DNA of 63,992 bases, counting the filler, from Olpidium bornovanus S191 (Eukaryota > Fungi > Olpidiomycota), in NCBI GenBank assembly GCA_017911155.1. It is 30 parts of 30 records of this genome, joined end to end, with 100 filler letters (N's around TTAATTAATTAA, not from the genome) between each part and the next. Parts side by side here need not be neighbours in the genome. Positions count along the whole stretch, not along the records: positions 35,626 to 37,222 come from JAEFCI010002251.1; positions 37,323 to 41,307 come from JAEFCI010001725.1; positions 41,408 to 42,760 come from JAEFCI010008374.1; positions 42,861 to 44,729 come from JAEFCI010000148.1; positions 44,830 to 46,385 come from JAEFCI010012755.1; positions 46,486 to 49,516 come from JAEFCI010006006.1; 24 more parts are not named here. The stretch is one strand, 5' to 3'. This document shows, piece after piece, positions 35,907-47,969 of the stretch. The notes beneath the pieces are model-generated. The model had not been told where the DNA came from. It did not search any database and saw only the letters and a program-made list of their open reading frames with translations. Position 1 is the first letter of the stretch; each line of letters opens with the position of its first letter. The position numbers were made by a program, and so were the translations under genes.

Positions 35907-37153
35907 CCCCCCCCCCCCCCCCCCCCCCCCCCCGCCCGCCCGCCCTTCCCGACTTGGGAAACGAGCAAGTCGCATACAGGCTTTCTCAATCAAAATCTTT
36001 TTTTTTGCTGCCGCGATTTTGACCAGAGTCAGGTTTTTTGTTTGGGTCGCATTTGCGCCCGACAATAGGCGCGTGTTGGCAGGAGCACTGGCGATGGGCG
36101 CGCAGGGAACGTGTGTGGATGCACGCGAAATGCGCCGTACCAATCGCGTGACCCGGACACTAATGTTTCGGCTACAACGCAGTGTAACCCCATCTGACGC
36201 GTGACCCGTCACGCATGCGCTTCCCGCACATGGAAAACCCCGTGTGTGTGGTGCTATGCCAAGGACTCGAACAGCAATTGGCGTCATGGTTGAAAGAACG
36301 AAGGTCCACCCAACGTTCATCCAAGCGAGGCAGGCAGCTTCCGTAAGCGGAACTTTTTGGCAATTTTGACATGCGGCAGCTAGCAAATTAAGCGCCAGAC
36401 AATGGGCGGAAATGCGGCCGGTTATTGGAGTCGTCGGCATTTTCGTCGAATCTATCCGACCTATGCATGTCCTGCCCACTACCGGGCGTCGTGCGCGCTG
36501 CGGAAAGATTTTCCCCAAGGAACGAAAAGACAAAGGCAAGTACATCGTTAAGTCATTGTAATGGCACCTAATCATTCGGAAAAACATTCTCCAGAATGCA
36601 AACCTGCGAAATCAATCAGGGTCGCGGCGTACCACGCCGACGAAGCGTTGTCGGCTGCCGGCCGGAAGATTTTCGACTTGGGGCCGGAGAAAATGTGGAA
36701 AAGCGACATTTACTAAGGACGCAACGCGGTTCTCTCTTCAGCCTTCGTGTTTCACGGTTTCACCCGTTGCCTTGGCGCCGCCTGCATTGAAGCGCCTTTG
36801 TTTTTTTCCCCACACGCGCCGGCTTTCAATAGGCCGCAACGTCGGCAAAGTTGTTTTTTTGTTCAATGTGCCGGACAGGCGGTGGTCAGTGAGGCGGTCT
36901 TGGTGGCAGCGGACCGCGGTCCCGAGTTCAGCGCGTTCGCCGAGATGCTCGTCCCCCTGGTCGCCTGCCATCGTCGAGCTTGTCGGCGTCAGCTTACCTG
37001 TCGGCCGGTGAATTCGGCTTGTGCCGCGGTCGTCGCCGCCGTGAGCGGGCTGCCGCCAGCCTGCCGTGAGGCTTCAGCGTGCGCACCACGTGTGCGGCGC
37101 GGGGGGCGGAACGACTGAGACTCCGTGAAAAAGAAGTAGAGAGGCGGGGCCGC

Positions 37154-37193
<40 letters not shown>

Positions 37194-38079
37194 CGGGCGG
37201 CGGCGGCGGCGGCGGCCCCCCCNNNNNNNNNNNNNNNNNNNNNNNNNNNNNNNNNNNNNNNNNNNNTTAATTAATTAANNNNNNNNNNNNNNNNNNNNNN
37301 NNNNNNNNNNNNNNNNNNNNNNATACCATTTTCTTAATCTGTCTCAGCACGTTTCTTGATGTCGCTGTTCATACATCAGACTGTGTTGTCACTTCATCAA
37401 TGCATCAGTATGTCGCCGTTTCTCTCATACGTCGAACACATGGGGGCATTTACGAATGTCACTGTCGCCAAGACAACGCGCCTGGGCACATTTTCAAAAG
37501 ATTTCTGATCACGTCAGTGACGTCGGCCGTGAACGGCCTAGATGATGGCCTGGTCATCTACATATATTGAGGGGACTGGCTGTGTACAGTGTGTGTGCGT
37601 GTCGCCCGGTGCCGGAAATCTCCGCCCGGGCGCCGGCCCTTTTTTCCGACGCACAACGCCAGCCCCGCGAACACGCACGCGGCGGCGCCGACTCCCTTGC
37701 CGCTCCCCGCACCGGCCTCACTATCGTGGCGCTCGGCCCGCCGCACACTGCGTTTCTGGCGCGGCGGCACGCGCACGCGCGGGAGCTGGCCAAGAGGACG
37801 CGGCGGGCGGCAGCGAGAGGAAGGCGAAACGAGGGAGACCAGGGGGCCCGCCACGAGCGAAAAACGCGACTCGACCGGAGCCCCCGCCGTCGTGTGCGGC
37901 GGACGAGCGGGAGCAGGAATCGGACCGCTGGCCCCGACGCGGAGCGAGCTCCTGGAAACGCTGAACGGACGGCGACGCCGAGCGGGCCCGTCCCAGTGGT
38001 GGTCACCGAAGAAACTGACTGAGGGGTGTAACTCGGCCCTCCCGGCCTGAGCCTGGTAAACCGCGCACAGTGAACTGAA

Positions 38080-41000
38080 ATGGCTGACTACGACGAAGAC
38101 GAGCTCGACCTCTACGGCTACAGCAGCAACCCGGCCAAGCCCGCCGCTCCAGAGGCGTCTCCCGCGCCTGGGGGGGCTGACGCCACGGCCGATGTGGCCT
38201 CCCCGGCTACGCCAGACGACGCGTCTGCAGCTGCCGGTCTGGACGCGAAGAGCGCGGCCGAGGGCACCTACGCAAATCTCGAAATTCCCGCTGTTCGCAC
38301 GGATACAGAGGAGGCGGCAGGGGAGGCGGCAGGGGAGGCGGCAACGCCGGAGGACCCCGGGGATGCGGACGGCGACGAGGAAATGGAAGAAGTGGAATAC
38401 GAGGACAGCGACTCGGTACGTGCGGCCGCGGCGGGGAAAAGCGGGTTCCCGCGAGTCGCACGAGTGACGGGATTCATGGTTAAAGGGGTCAGGCCCCCTT
38501 CCCCCGCGGTCTCGCCGCCGAGAGGTTGTCCCAGGGCCCAGTTTTGTGGGTACTGATCCTCGAAACTCTGCGGACGATCGCACCTGAAAGGACCTGGAGA
38601 TTGTTCTTGATACCAAGTCGCCCGTTAGGCCTGGGGGTGATCAGCTGCGGTAAGGATGTTTTCCGTTCCCACGTAGCCGACTTGCGACGTTCGCTTCCAG
38701 CGTTGTGCCTGGGATTTTTTTGCAGTGTTAAACGGTGTCTGCGTATCCAGGCGAGGGTCGCTCGTCAACCAAAATCACTACATCAAAGGAGCACCTCCGG
38801 ATCCGAAGAAATCTGGTACATTGGAACGAGATGCAGAGCGCGTTACGTTTTCTTTTTCCCTCTTTCCCCGACTTTGGTGCTACATTACGTTCGTTACTTT
38901 AGTTGTATTATTACGTCGATACGGCTAATGCACATTTTGTAGATGCCGCCGCCCCGGTCACCACCACGCCTAGCGTTCCGGCAGTGGATATCGACAAAAT
39001 CGCGAAGCTCGACGGCCAGAGCCTCCTGGACGTGGATCTGGATGGCTTGGAAGAAAAACCTTGGAAAAAGCCAGGTGGGTTAATGTTCAACGGCCTCTTT
39101 GCATACGCAGTTTCCACGGCGTATGATTTCCTTGTTGTAATCCGCGTACTCTCGTACTTCTTGAAAACAGGCGCCGACTTGACCGATTACTTCAACTACG
39201 GCTTCACGGAGGACGTGTGGCGAGCTTATTGTCTAAAACAGAAGCGGCTGCGGGACGAGTACGCTAATGGGCCTACCGTGAGTACCTCGAAATTTGTGTA
39301 TTTCCTGCGCCGTTTTTCGTTCGACATGTTAAACCCGACCATCCGTCGAAAATCGTAGCAGCCGGAGCATTTGCTCGATTTGCCGCCTGAGCTGCGCATG
39401 ATGGCTGCGCACGCGGGGCTCAACCCGTTCATGCCTTTTCCATCATCCATGAAGAAGGACACCACAGATGGCAACATCCAGATTGCCGCAAGCGAGCGCG
39501 AGCGAGCAGCCGAGAACACGGATGAGCAGAGCATGTGTGTCTTATAAGCAAAGCATCGCTGTTAACACAGTTTTTTTTTTACCGCGGATCGCCTGACCTT
39601 TCGCTTTGAAAACTTCTAGGGTTCAAAAGTCTGGGATGGACGTTCCCATGAGTATGCCGGGGCCGATGGGTATGCCGGGACCCATGGGAATGTCTAATCC
39701 GCTGGCCCCGCCGCACGTGGCCATGTTTCCTCCGGTAGGCTGCTTTTGCGCGCACATGGCCATAGCGCATAGGAAATGAAGTCTCCGCTGACCTTTGGCC
39801 TACAATCCGTACGCAATTAGGGTATGCTTTCCGATTTCATAGGAGCCGGCGGCATCCATCCGTACTTCATGGGAGGACCAGGGCTCCCAGGACTGCCTCC
39901 CGGCATGGGCCCTCCCGGCATGGGCCCTCCCGGCATGGGCCCTCCCGGCATGGGCCCTCCCGGCATGGGCCCTCCCGGCATGGGAGGACCGGGCCTGGGC
40001 GGACCTGGTATGGGCGGACCCGGCATGGGCGGGCCCGGCATGGGCGGACACGGCATGGGCGGACCCGGCATGGGCGGACCCGGCATGGGCGGACCCGGCA
40101 TGGGCGGCCCCGGCATGGGCGGCCCCGGCATGGGCGGACCCGGCATTGGCGGGCCTATGCCACCTGGGATGGGTGGACATAGTCTGGGTGGCCCGGGATT
40201 GGCCGGACCCGGGATAACTGGACCGGCGAGCATGCGCTGTGGCATGGGACCAGGAATAGCCGGGTCGGGGGGACCCAACATGGGTGCAGGTCCCGGTGTG
40301 GGCGGTCCCGGAGGTCCCGGAATGTCCAGCGGATCGGGCATAAGCGGCCCCGGCGGTATGTCAGAGATGCCCATGGGTCCTATGTTTGTGGGACGACCGG
40401 GGATGAGGCCTTCCATACACATGATGCGCGGCAGGCCGCGCGGTGGACTACCGAGTCGAGGAGGTCGAAGTGGTGGTCCGGACAGGTGAGGAGGTTTTGG
40501 AGCCGGGTTCGAGAATCTCTGCGCCCTAGAGTTCGGCAGCTGCTGCGCATCGAGAAATATTTCTTCGGGCTGGGCGCGTGATAGAAAATCACGTTCTTCT
40601 CATGAGGCTTGTTCTTTCTTGCTTTGCAGGACGTTCTTCCCCGGGGATGAGACTGGGCCCGCTCGTTTCGGCCCCTCCGATGGCCTAAGCCGCGAAAGAC
40701 CACCGGATCCCTCGATACCGACGGGTCCCGCAGCCGACCGGGAACGGGACCGCGAACGAGCTGAGCGGGCGGAAAGGGGTAATAGGCCTGCGGTGTCTCA
40801 CGACCCTAATACAGACCGCGATGTTCACAACGGGTGGTCGGGAGCAAGCCGGCCCGGGCACGGTAGCGGACCATCACCGCATAGCTCACATAGCCATCCA
40901 CCGCTGCTGCACGAGTCCGCGTCGGCGGGCGGTCCGCCGCCTAGTCGCGATAAAGATACCTGTGACTTAAAGGATCGGGAACGTTCCGAACGGGACTGGG

Positions 41001-41307
41001 AGCACGACAGGGATCGTGACCGGGAGCGGCAGAAGGATCGCGAGGGCGAGCGCGAACGGGAAAGGTCTGAGAAGGAACGCGACCGCGAGCGGGAGCGCGA
41101 AAGATTTGAGAGGGATCGAGAGCGAGAACGCGAACGGGAGCGCGAGCGCGAGCGGCTTGACAGGGACCGCGATCGGGAACGGTTCGACATGGCGCGCAAC
41201 CGGGACCGCCGACCTCCCGCCGAGCAGAATCCCAGGGAGCGGGAACGGCGGCAATCCGTCGAGCAAGGTTTGCGAGAGCGGGACCGGGCCTCATCTGAGC
41301 GAGAGGG
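38080..41307 (+). CDS. FIP1: Pre-mRNA polyadenylation factor Fip1, 3'-partial, multi-exon
   Basis: Acidic N-terminus (MADYDEDELDLYG); Fip1 motif LLDVDLDGLEEKPWKKPG|ADLTDYFNYGFTEDVWRAYCLKQKRLR; Pro/Gly/Met-rich middle; RE/RD-rich C-terminus. Confidence 0.93.
39896..40145 (+). repeat. Coding 15-bp tandem repeat: (GPPGM) then (GGPGM) pentapeptides within FIP1
   Basis: cctcccggcatgggc x6 (39896-39985), then about 10 degenerate ggacccggcatgggc-type units. Confidence 0.9.
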
Positions 41308-42860
41308 NNNNNNNNNNNNNNNNNNNNNNNNNNNNNNNNNNNNNNNNNNNNTTAATTAATTAANNNNNNNNNNNNNNNNNNNNNNNNNNNNNNNNNNNNN
41401 NNNNNNNCATGATGGCGACTCGCCGGGTAAATGACTTACGGAAGGCGGAATCCCCGTTCGGGGCGGGGCTCCGGCATTAGGGACCGATGACGTGGAGGCT
41501 TGTAGACGGCGAATAATCCTGTGAATCTTGGTGATGGCGACCATACCTTTGGAACATATCCGTCGTGCCGCGACAATCCGGGTAAAATATTCCAGCCGGT
41601 TTCCGTCCGCGGTGTCCGGGGCGACGGCTCCGCGAGACGAGATTGGGTTGTTTCCGCGTGGGCGGGCGCTTAGATCGAAGGCCCGGGAGCAGGCCCCTGC
41701 GCAAGGAGCAGTGTGCCCCGCGCAACTTATTACCGACGCGCCGAGCACGAGGCGGGCGAACTCACTGAAGGGATCAGTCAAGCAGCAATTCATCCCCAGT
41801 TTGCGCAGCGCAAGCGGGAATAAATGCCAGGACTTGAGATGCGTTGCAGCAGACCTGCCACGCCCACCGCGGCGTTGGCGCAAAACTTTCTCGGTCTGAC
41901 AATACCTTCAACATGGGCAAAATCTTCCATTTCCCATCCGGTCTCAGAATGTCGGTCGCTTCCATCCGGCTTTAGAAGGCCATGGTGTGGTCCCACTTGG
42001 CTGCCATATACCGGGCAGCCGTTGTTAAGATTGGAGTAATTCCGTAGCCCCCCCCCCCCCCTTCCTCCCCCGCCCCCCACCACTCACGTCACGTGCAAGC
42101 TGACCCCTTCCCTAATATATACGTCGATCTCACCATCCATAATTGATACAGACGACCGCCCGCGATAAACAACGAATCCGAAACCCATTCCCTTGGCGGA
42201 CGCCTCGTGACCGCGGCAGCCCACAGCAAAACCGTCGGCGCGTTCCTTGGGGTCGGAACCCCAAACGCGGGCCCGAACCGGGCGCCGTCGGCCGGATGCC
42301 GGGGATCGGAATCAACCCCGGCGTGCGGGGGGGGCGGGGGCAGCGCGGGCCGGCGCCGGCGGAGCGCTCTACGGCTCCCGGCAGGACATTTGGCACCGGA
42401 ACGTGGGAGCGCGAGATCGGCACGGCGGGAAACACGCAGTTTCAGTTAAATGTAAATTTAGATTTAATTGTGTTCAGATCCTACTCATTGTGGTTTGGTT
42501 CCATCGATGTTGGTATAATTTATGCTAATAATATCGAATGATTAGATCAGTCACCATATATAACTCATATACTGCGGTCTCGCCCGCCGACGCCGGCCCC
42601 GAGGGGGGGGGGGGGGGGGGAAGGGGGGGGGGTGGGGGCCGCGACGGATACGAATACGAGAAAGCAGCGGCCCTCGCCTCCCCCTCCCGTCCCACCTTTA
42701 ATCGCGCTGCTGGTCGAACCCACGCGCGGGCGTTGGGGAAGGGTAGGAAGTTGTTTTTGCNNNNNNNNNNNNNNNNNNNNNNNNNNNNNNNNNNNNNNNN
42801 NNNNTTAATTAATTAANNNNNNNNNNNNNNNNNNNNNNNNNNNNNNNNNNNNNNNNNNNN

Positions 42861-44582
42861 AGAATTATGGTCGCTTGGGTGATAACACGACACGTAACCC
42901 GACCCAGAGGCCCGAAAATAACTCAAGCTTACGTAGTGCAACACGGGAGTCATAAGCGCGACATAGAACTCGTCGTCCATGGTGTAAGGTACGGCGTCGA
43001 AGAACTTCTTGCCAAACGGGTCCTTGTTGGAGCGAGCGACATCGTTGTACTTATCAAAGGTCTCCTTCAACTTCGACGGCGGGACTCCGATCTCCTTGGC
43101 AAGGTCATTGCCGTGCTTAAAAATCTTCATCAGACCTCGCCCCTTGTAGTGCTGCATTGACAAAGAGCGAGTCAAATCCTGATAAAGGGGAAGGCGGGCG
43201 CGACGCCGACTACTGAAAAGGTCACGTAAATTACCTTGCAGTGCCAGATGATGGAACTGCTTGCCTTGGAGTTGAGAACAAGCCGTACCGGCAGTTTGGT
43301 TTTCCATATCTCTCCGGTCACGTAATCACGATGGCCGAGCTCGTCGCAGAAGCGGCTACCTTCGCCGTTGAGCAGGATGCCGCCAACGCCGCGGAGAGCT
43401 TCCGCGGCGAGAAACTTAACCTTGCTTTCCGGGTCAGCCGGATCAACTAAGCCAGTCGGGTGAACCTGAATCTTCTCTAGATGAGTCGCTTTGGCTCTGG
43501 GTAGATTGCGTAAGTGAGTTCAGCGTATTAACCGACCACAACACTCGCGATCCAGATCGCCCGGCGAGCCTAGGTGGTCGTCGCAAAAGGCAACGCCGTG
43601 ATTACCCAATCGCCATAGCCATCTTGTGGCCATCGCCCGTTGTGCCCTCGGCGTTCGTCGTGGGGAGGTGGACGAGCTCAGGCCTATGCTTCTTGATCAA
43701 CGAATTCTCGGTAAAATCCGCGGCGTAGCCACCTGTTGCGAGGATGACGGCACCGTACTCCTGCTTCTTGACGCCGCCCTGCTCGTATTCCACGCCAGTG
43801 ACAGCGCCGGTGGCCTGGTCGGTGAGGAGGCGGGTGGCGCGCGCTTTGGTGATGGCCCTGATGCGGCCCGGGTTCGCCTTGGCAAGCTCCTCATAGCGCT
43901 CCATGAGGGCATAGGTGATTGTCATGCCAGGAAAACGCTCTTTGCCGCGGTGTGTGCGTGGGAAGGAGTGGCCGCCGAGGCGGGCGACGAGGGATAGATC
44001 GAGCTTGAACTTGTCCTGGAGCCATTCGACCGCGGACGCGGACTGTCCTGTTAGCACCTTGATCAGGTCCGGTCGAGCGAGATCACGAGCGGAGCGCGTC
44101 GTGTCCGCCTCGAAGGCTTCCACGCTGTCAGGGATATTCAGAGCGATCTGTGTGCGCGTTAAGGCGCCGTTGATGCCGGAGGTTGCCTGGCCAAAGCAGC
44201 GGGGAGAACAAAAGATGGAAAAAAAAAGGTGAGCAAGAAGGACGCGTCAGAGTGGCACGCGCAGCGAGCAGAGCAAGTTCGGAGCGAAAACAAGACACGG
44301 GTCAGGGGAGGCGCGCGCAGCGAGCGTCGAAAGTTCGGAGCGAAAACGCGGGCGAGACACAAGCGTTCTACAAGATATCCGCCGCGCATGGGGGAAGTGC
44401 CAGCAAGACTGCGTCGTCTCCTCTGCGCTTTCGTGCGCTCCATCTCTCACCTTGGTCGAATTTCCTCCGAAGAACGCCACCTTGTCGATGACAACAACGT
44501 TTCCCCCGTGTTCGATGACGGTGTGCGCGGCGGACAACCCGGAGAGGCCGCCACCAATAACGATCACCTGAGGCGGGGACAT
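42861..44582 (-). CDS. OSM1: Soluble FAD-dependent fumarate reductase (Osm1/Frd1 family), 3'-partial
   Basis: VIVIGGGLSGLSAAH...GGNSTK|ATSGINGA, ARLGGHSFPRTHRG, VILATGGY, TTNAEGTTGDG, QVHPTG, FLAAEALRGVGGILLN, RFCDELGHRD, MTPVLHY. Confidence 0.93.
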
Positions 44583-44844
44583 GGCTTCTGTTTTGCTGTT
44601 CCTTCACTTCCTCGTTTCCCGGATGCGCTCCGCTCCCTTGGGCCCTGGCCGGCGGATCGCCTGCAACTTACCGGCAACGCACTACGACTTTGACGTTCGA
44701 CTCCTTGTCCTTGCTGCCCGCGCCCCCCGNNNNNNNNNNNNNNNNNNNNNNNNNNNNNNNNNNNNNNNNNNNNTTAATTAATTAANNNNNNNNNNNNNNN
44801 NNNNNNNNNNNNNNNNNNNNNNNNNNNNNACTCCCCCCCCCCCC

Positions 44845-44879
<35 letters not shown>

Positions 44880-45517
44880 AAAAAACTTGCCCCGCCCTCC
44901 GCACCCTGCCCATCTGCTCTGCGCTTCTTTCTCCCTTTCGGAAACGAGAGCGCGAGCGAGAGCGAGACCGAGAGACAGAGGCAAAAAAGAAACAGAGGCC
45001 GCTTCGGAGTTTTGTCCCGAGGTCAAAAGAGTCGGACGGAGGAGACCTCCCACCGCCGACCGCCGTCCGCGAGGGAAGAAGAAAAGGGAGGAGAAAGGAA
45101 GAAGAAGAAAACCCTCCGCGCGGGGCGTCCGCCATGTGCGCGCTTCTGAGCAGCGAGCCGCTCGCGGCGGTGCACGCGCTAGGGAAGAACGGCCCCGGTA
45201 CGCCCCTCCTTTAACCCGCCTACCGCTGCAGGGAACGGCGCCTAGCTCCCGACCGCCGCCGAGTCAGTTGCACCCCGCGCGCATCGCCGTCCTTTCCTTA
45301 CCCCCTCATTCAACCGTCGACGGCCCCCGGTCCGCCTATCCGCCTGGGACCTTGTCCGCGGCCGGGCGATCCAGGGCCGGAACTACCAATACGGGAGGGA
45401 GAGCGAGAGGGCGGGCCGGGGAGGTCCGGTGGCGGCGGCGGGCTCTGACTGTGTCCCGCAATTTTTGCTGTTGACGCGTTTTTCGGTCCTTCCGCCCTGT
45501 CCCCTCCTCTCTCACAG

Positions 45518-46294
45518 TGAAGACGTACCTGCACGAGCGGATATTCGCACGGAAGCAGGTATCCGTCCAGGTGCTGGACGCGCTGAGCATGCTGGAGCTG
45601 CACCTGGCGAAGCAGCAGGCGCTGGCGCAAGCACTCGCCCAGCAGCAGCAGCAGAAGACCCCACACCAGGCTTTCGGACGGCCGCCTGCAGGACCGGCCG
45701 CCGCCGCCGCGCCGAGGCCGCCGCTACATCATGACGCGGAGAGGCTGCTGCAGGGGGGCCTGGACAAGATTATCTCGTTACTGTGTGACGAGGGATCGGC
45801 GGCTGTGAGTAGCTTCTTTTCATGCGTCGCAGCGTGGGTTTGAAGCCACCCTGTTCCGTGCGGTGAACCGAGTTTACAAGGGTGGGACAAGGGGCGGAAA
45901 GCGGGAAGAGGGGAGGGGAGAGGAGGCCGAGGTGTGAGCGGGCCGCCGGTTCAGGCTGCTCGTTCCGGTCCTGATTTTCTCGCCCGTCCCAACTCCAGAC
46001 CTACATAACAAAACACAACCTGGCCCCGCTTTTCCCGCTTTCGGCGCGCGCCCTCCGGATACCGTTCCACGAGGATAAGGCGGCAGGTGACCTTGACTGT
46101 AAGGCACACGTTTTTTCGGATCGGAAACTTCTTTGTTACGCTGCTCTGACGCACATCAAATGGCGCCGCTTTGCAAAGCCCACCTGCGCCACATGACCGT
46201 CTTGAATGAGCTGGTCAGCATGGCCGTGCAGCTACAGAACGACATCAAGCTGACAAATCACAAATACATGGCCCACCAGCTGGCGCTTTTATAT
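45518..46294 (+). CDS. Hypothetical helical protein, partial
   Basis: Exons cag|VKTYLHERIF...GGLDKIISLLCDEGSAA|gtgagt and ...MTVLNELVSMAVQLQNDIKLTNHKYMAHQLALLY|gtgcat. Family not identified. Confidence 0.5.
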
Positions 46295-47420
46295 GTGCAT
46301 ATTTTCCACCGAGTTTGCGTTGTTTGGATTTTATTCTTTTTTCGTGATCTCAATCGATCTTGTCCATCTCCTTACTCTCCACACGNNNNNNNNNNNNNNN
46401 NNNNNNNNNNNNNNNNNNNNNNNNNNNNNTTAATTAATTAANNNNNNNNNNNNNNNNNNNNNNNNNNNNNNNNNNNNNNNNNNNNCATGCCACAGCAACG
46501 TGAAGAGATAAGAACGTTACGGGATGCGGCAAGGGGCTGTGTCACGTGCCTCTTCTCGATGGCGGACTCGAAGCGTGCCATGCCGAACTTGTTCAAAGCA
46601 CCTGAAGCACCCGCTGCCAGACAACAAAGCGGGGAAGGCTACACTTTTCCGGGGAGAGGTAGAACGTAAAGCAGTTTTAACGTCTCCCACACACAAAAAA
46701 AGAATATGCGGGCGGCGGGCGAGAGACGAGCGTCGGTTGGCCGACAAAAAGTCTAAGAAGCGCAAGCAGGGCGAGCTTGCACGGGGTGCATGGGCATCTC
46801 AAAAACAAAACCTTCGAATTCATCGGCATCGACAACCAGCCTCACGCTAACGCCACCCGAGCACACACCCGCACACGCGCACACTCGGTTGTAAACGATC
46901 TTCCCCCGTCGCCCTGCGCAAACAAGTTTCCCGGACTTGTCAGCGGTTACGTTGAGGCCCGTCAAACTCCTGGCCAAAAAAAAAGGCTGTCGGCGCATTC
47001 CGAGACGTTCTGGAACGCGCGGCAGCCGGGTATGATGTATGAGGCCTTGGAGGCGAAACGGGACCAGGTCGTTCGTGTGGCAGTTGAACCCGAAGACGAC
47101 GGCCCGGTTGCGCGGGGTTGGGTGGATGCGCGGCGCCCCGCCGGCGCGGGCGGGGCGGCGCGACGACGGTCCGGAGCGGTGACGACCTCGGGTCCGATCG
47201 TCTCCTCTCGGACGATCCGGAAGGGAAAGACAAGGCCTCCTCGCCGAGTTTGCCAGTCCGGTGGTCTCTTGGCAAAGCGGCAAACAAACGCTTTCTCACA
47301 CAATTTTGCGCCGCCGGCGGGTTTCCGGCCGAGCTCCGAGTCGGCGGTTGCCGCGCACGGGCGGCGCCGGAAGTTTCTGGGGGCGGTTGCGGGTTGGTCG
47401 CCTGGGAAATTTTTTTTTTC

Positions 47421-47498
<78 letters not shown>

Positions 47499-47650
47499 GG
47501 GCGGTTTCCGTCCGGTTTCCCCCTTTGTGGGTTCCCCCCATCTGCACGCGCCCGGCGTCGCGCCTCCCGCCCGGCGGTTTTCTTTCCCGCTCTCTCTCCC
47601 TCTCTCCCGCCGGGCGCCGCCCCGCCCAGGACACGGGAAACAGAGCCCGT

Positions 47651-47711
47651 GTTCGTTCGTTCGTTCGTTCGTTCGCTCGTTCGTTCGTTCGCTCGCTCGT
47701 TCGTTCGTTCG
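47651..47711. repeat. (TTCG)n microsatellite
   Basis: About 15 TTCG/CTCG units upstream of MDM31. Confidence 0.9.
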
Positions 47712-47969
47712 TTTCGGTTGCCCCGCGGGCGGAGTGAGCGGCCGCCCCGCCCGCCGTTTCGCCCTCGCCGCCCTTTCCTTACCAGAGGGAGCCCGGCCTT
47801 CTTTATTTTTCTATCTTTTTCGTCCGCAACAGAACCGGGAGAGAGGCGCCGGAGTGATAAGAGCATGCATGGCCGGCCGGCGATGCAGTCCAGGACTCCC
47901 TTGCCTCGCCGGATCTGCGAGCCTGCTCGTATAGCCGCCGCCGCCCGCCGCCCTCGCCTCGTCGCCAAC

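Noticed and set aside
35784-36587. 267-aa minus ORF with SAHCLALNL resembling the hAT CxxH motif
   Set aside because: Lacks the required Cys spacing, has no other transposase motifs, and runs through a poly-G tract.
4344-41307. Apparent functional clusters (CHS7 with chitin deacetylase; RNPC3, DHX40-like, FIP1 and RIM4 as an RNA-processing cluster)
   Set aside because: The genes are on separate contigs joined arbitrarily, so there is no evidence of physical linkage.
41408-42760. Several overlapping 60-175 aa ORFs on this contig, and similarly on 49617-51601
   Set aside because: No recognisable motif or consistent exon chain, so no gene call is supported.
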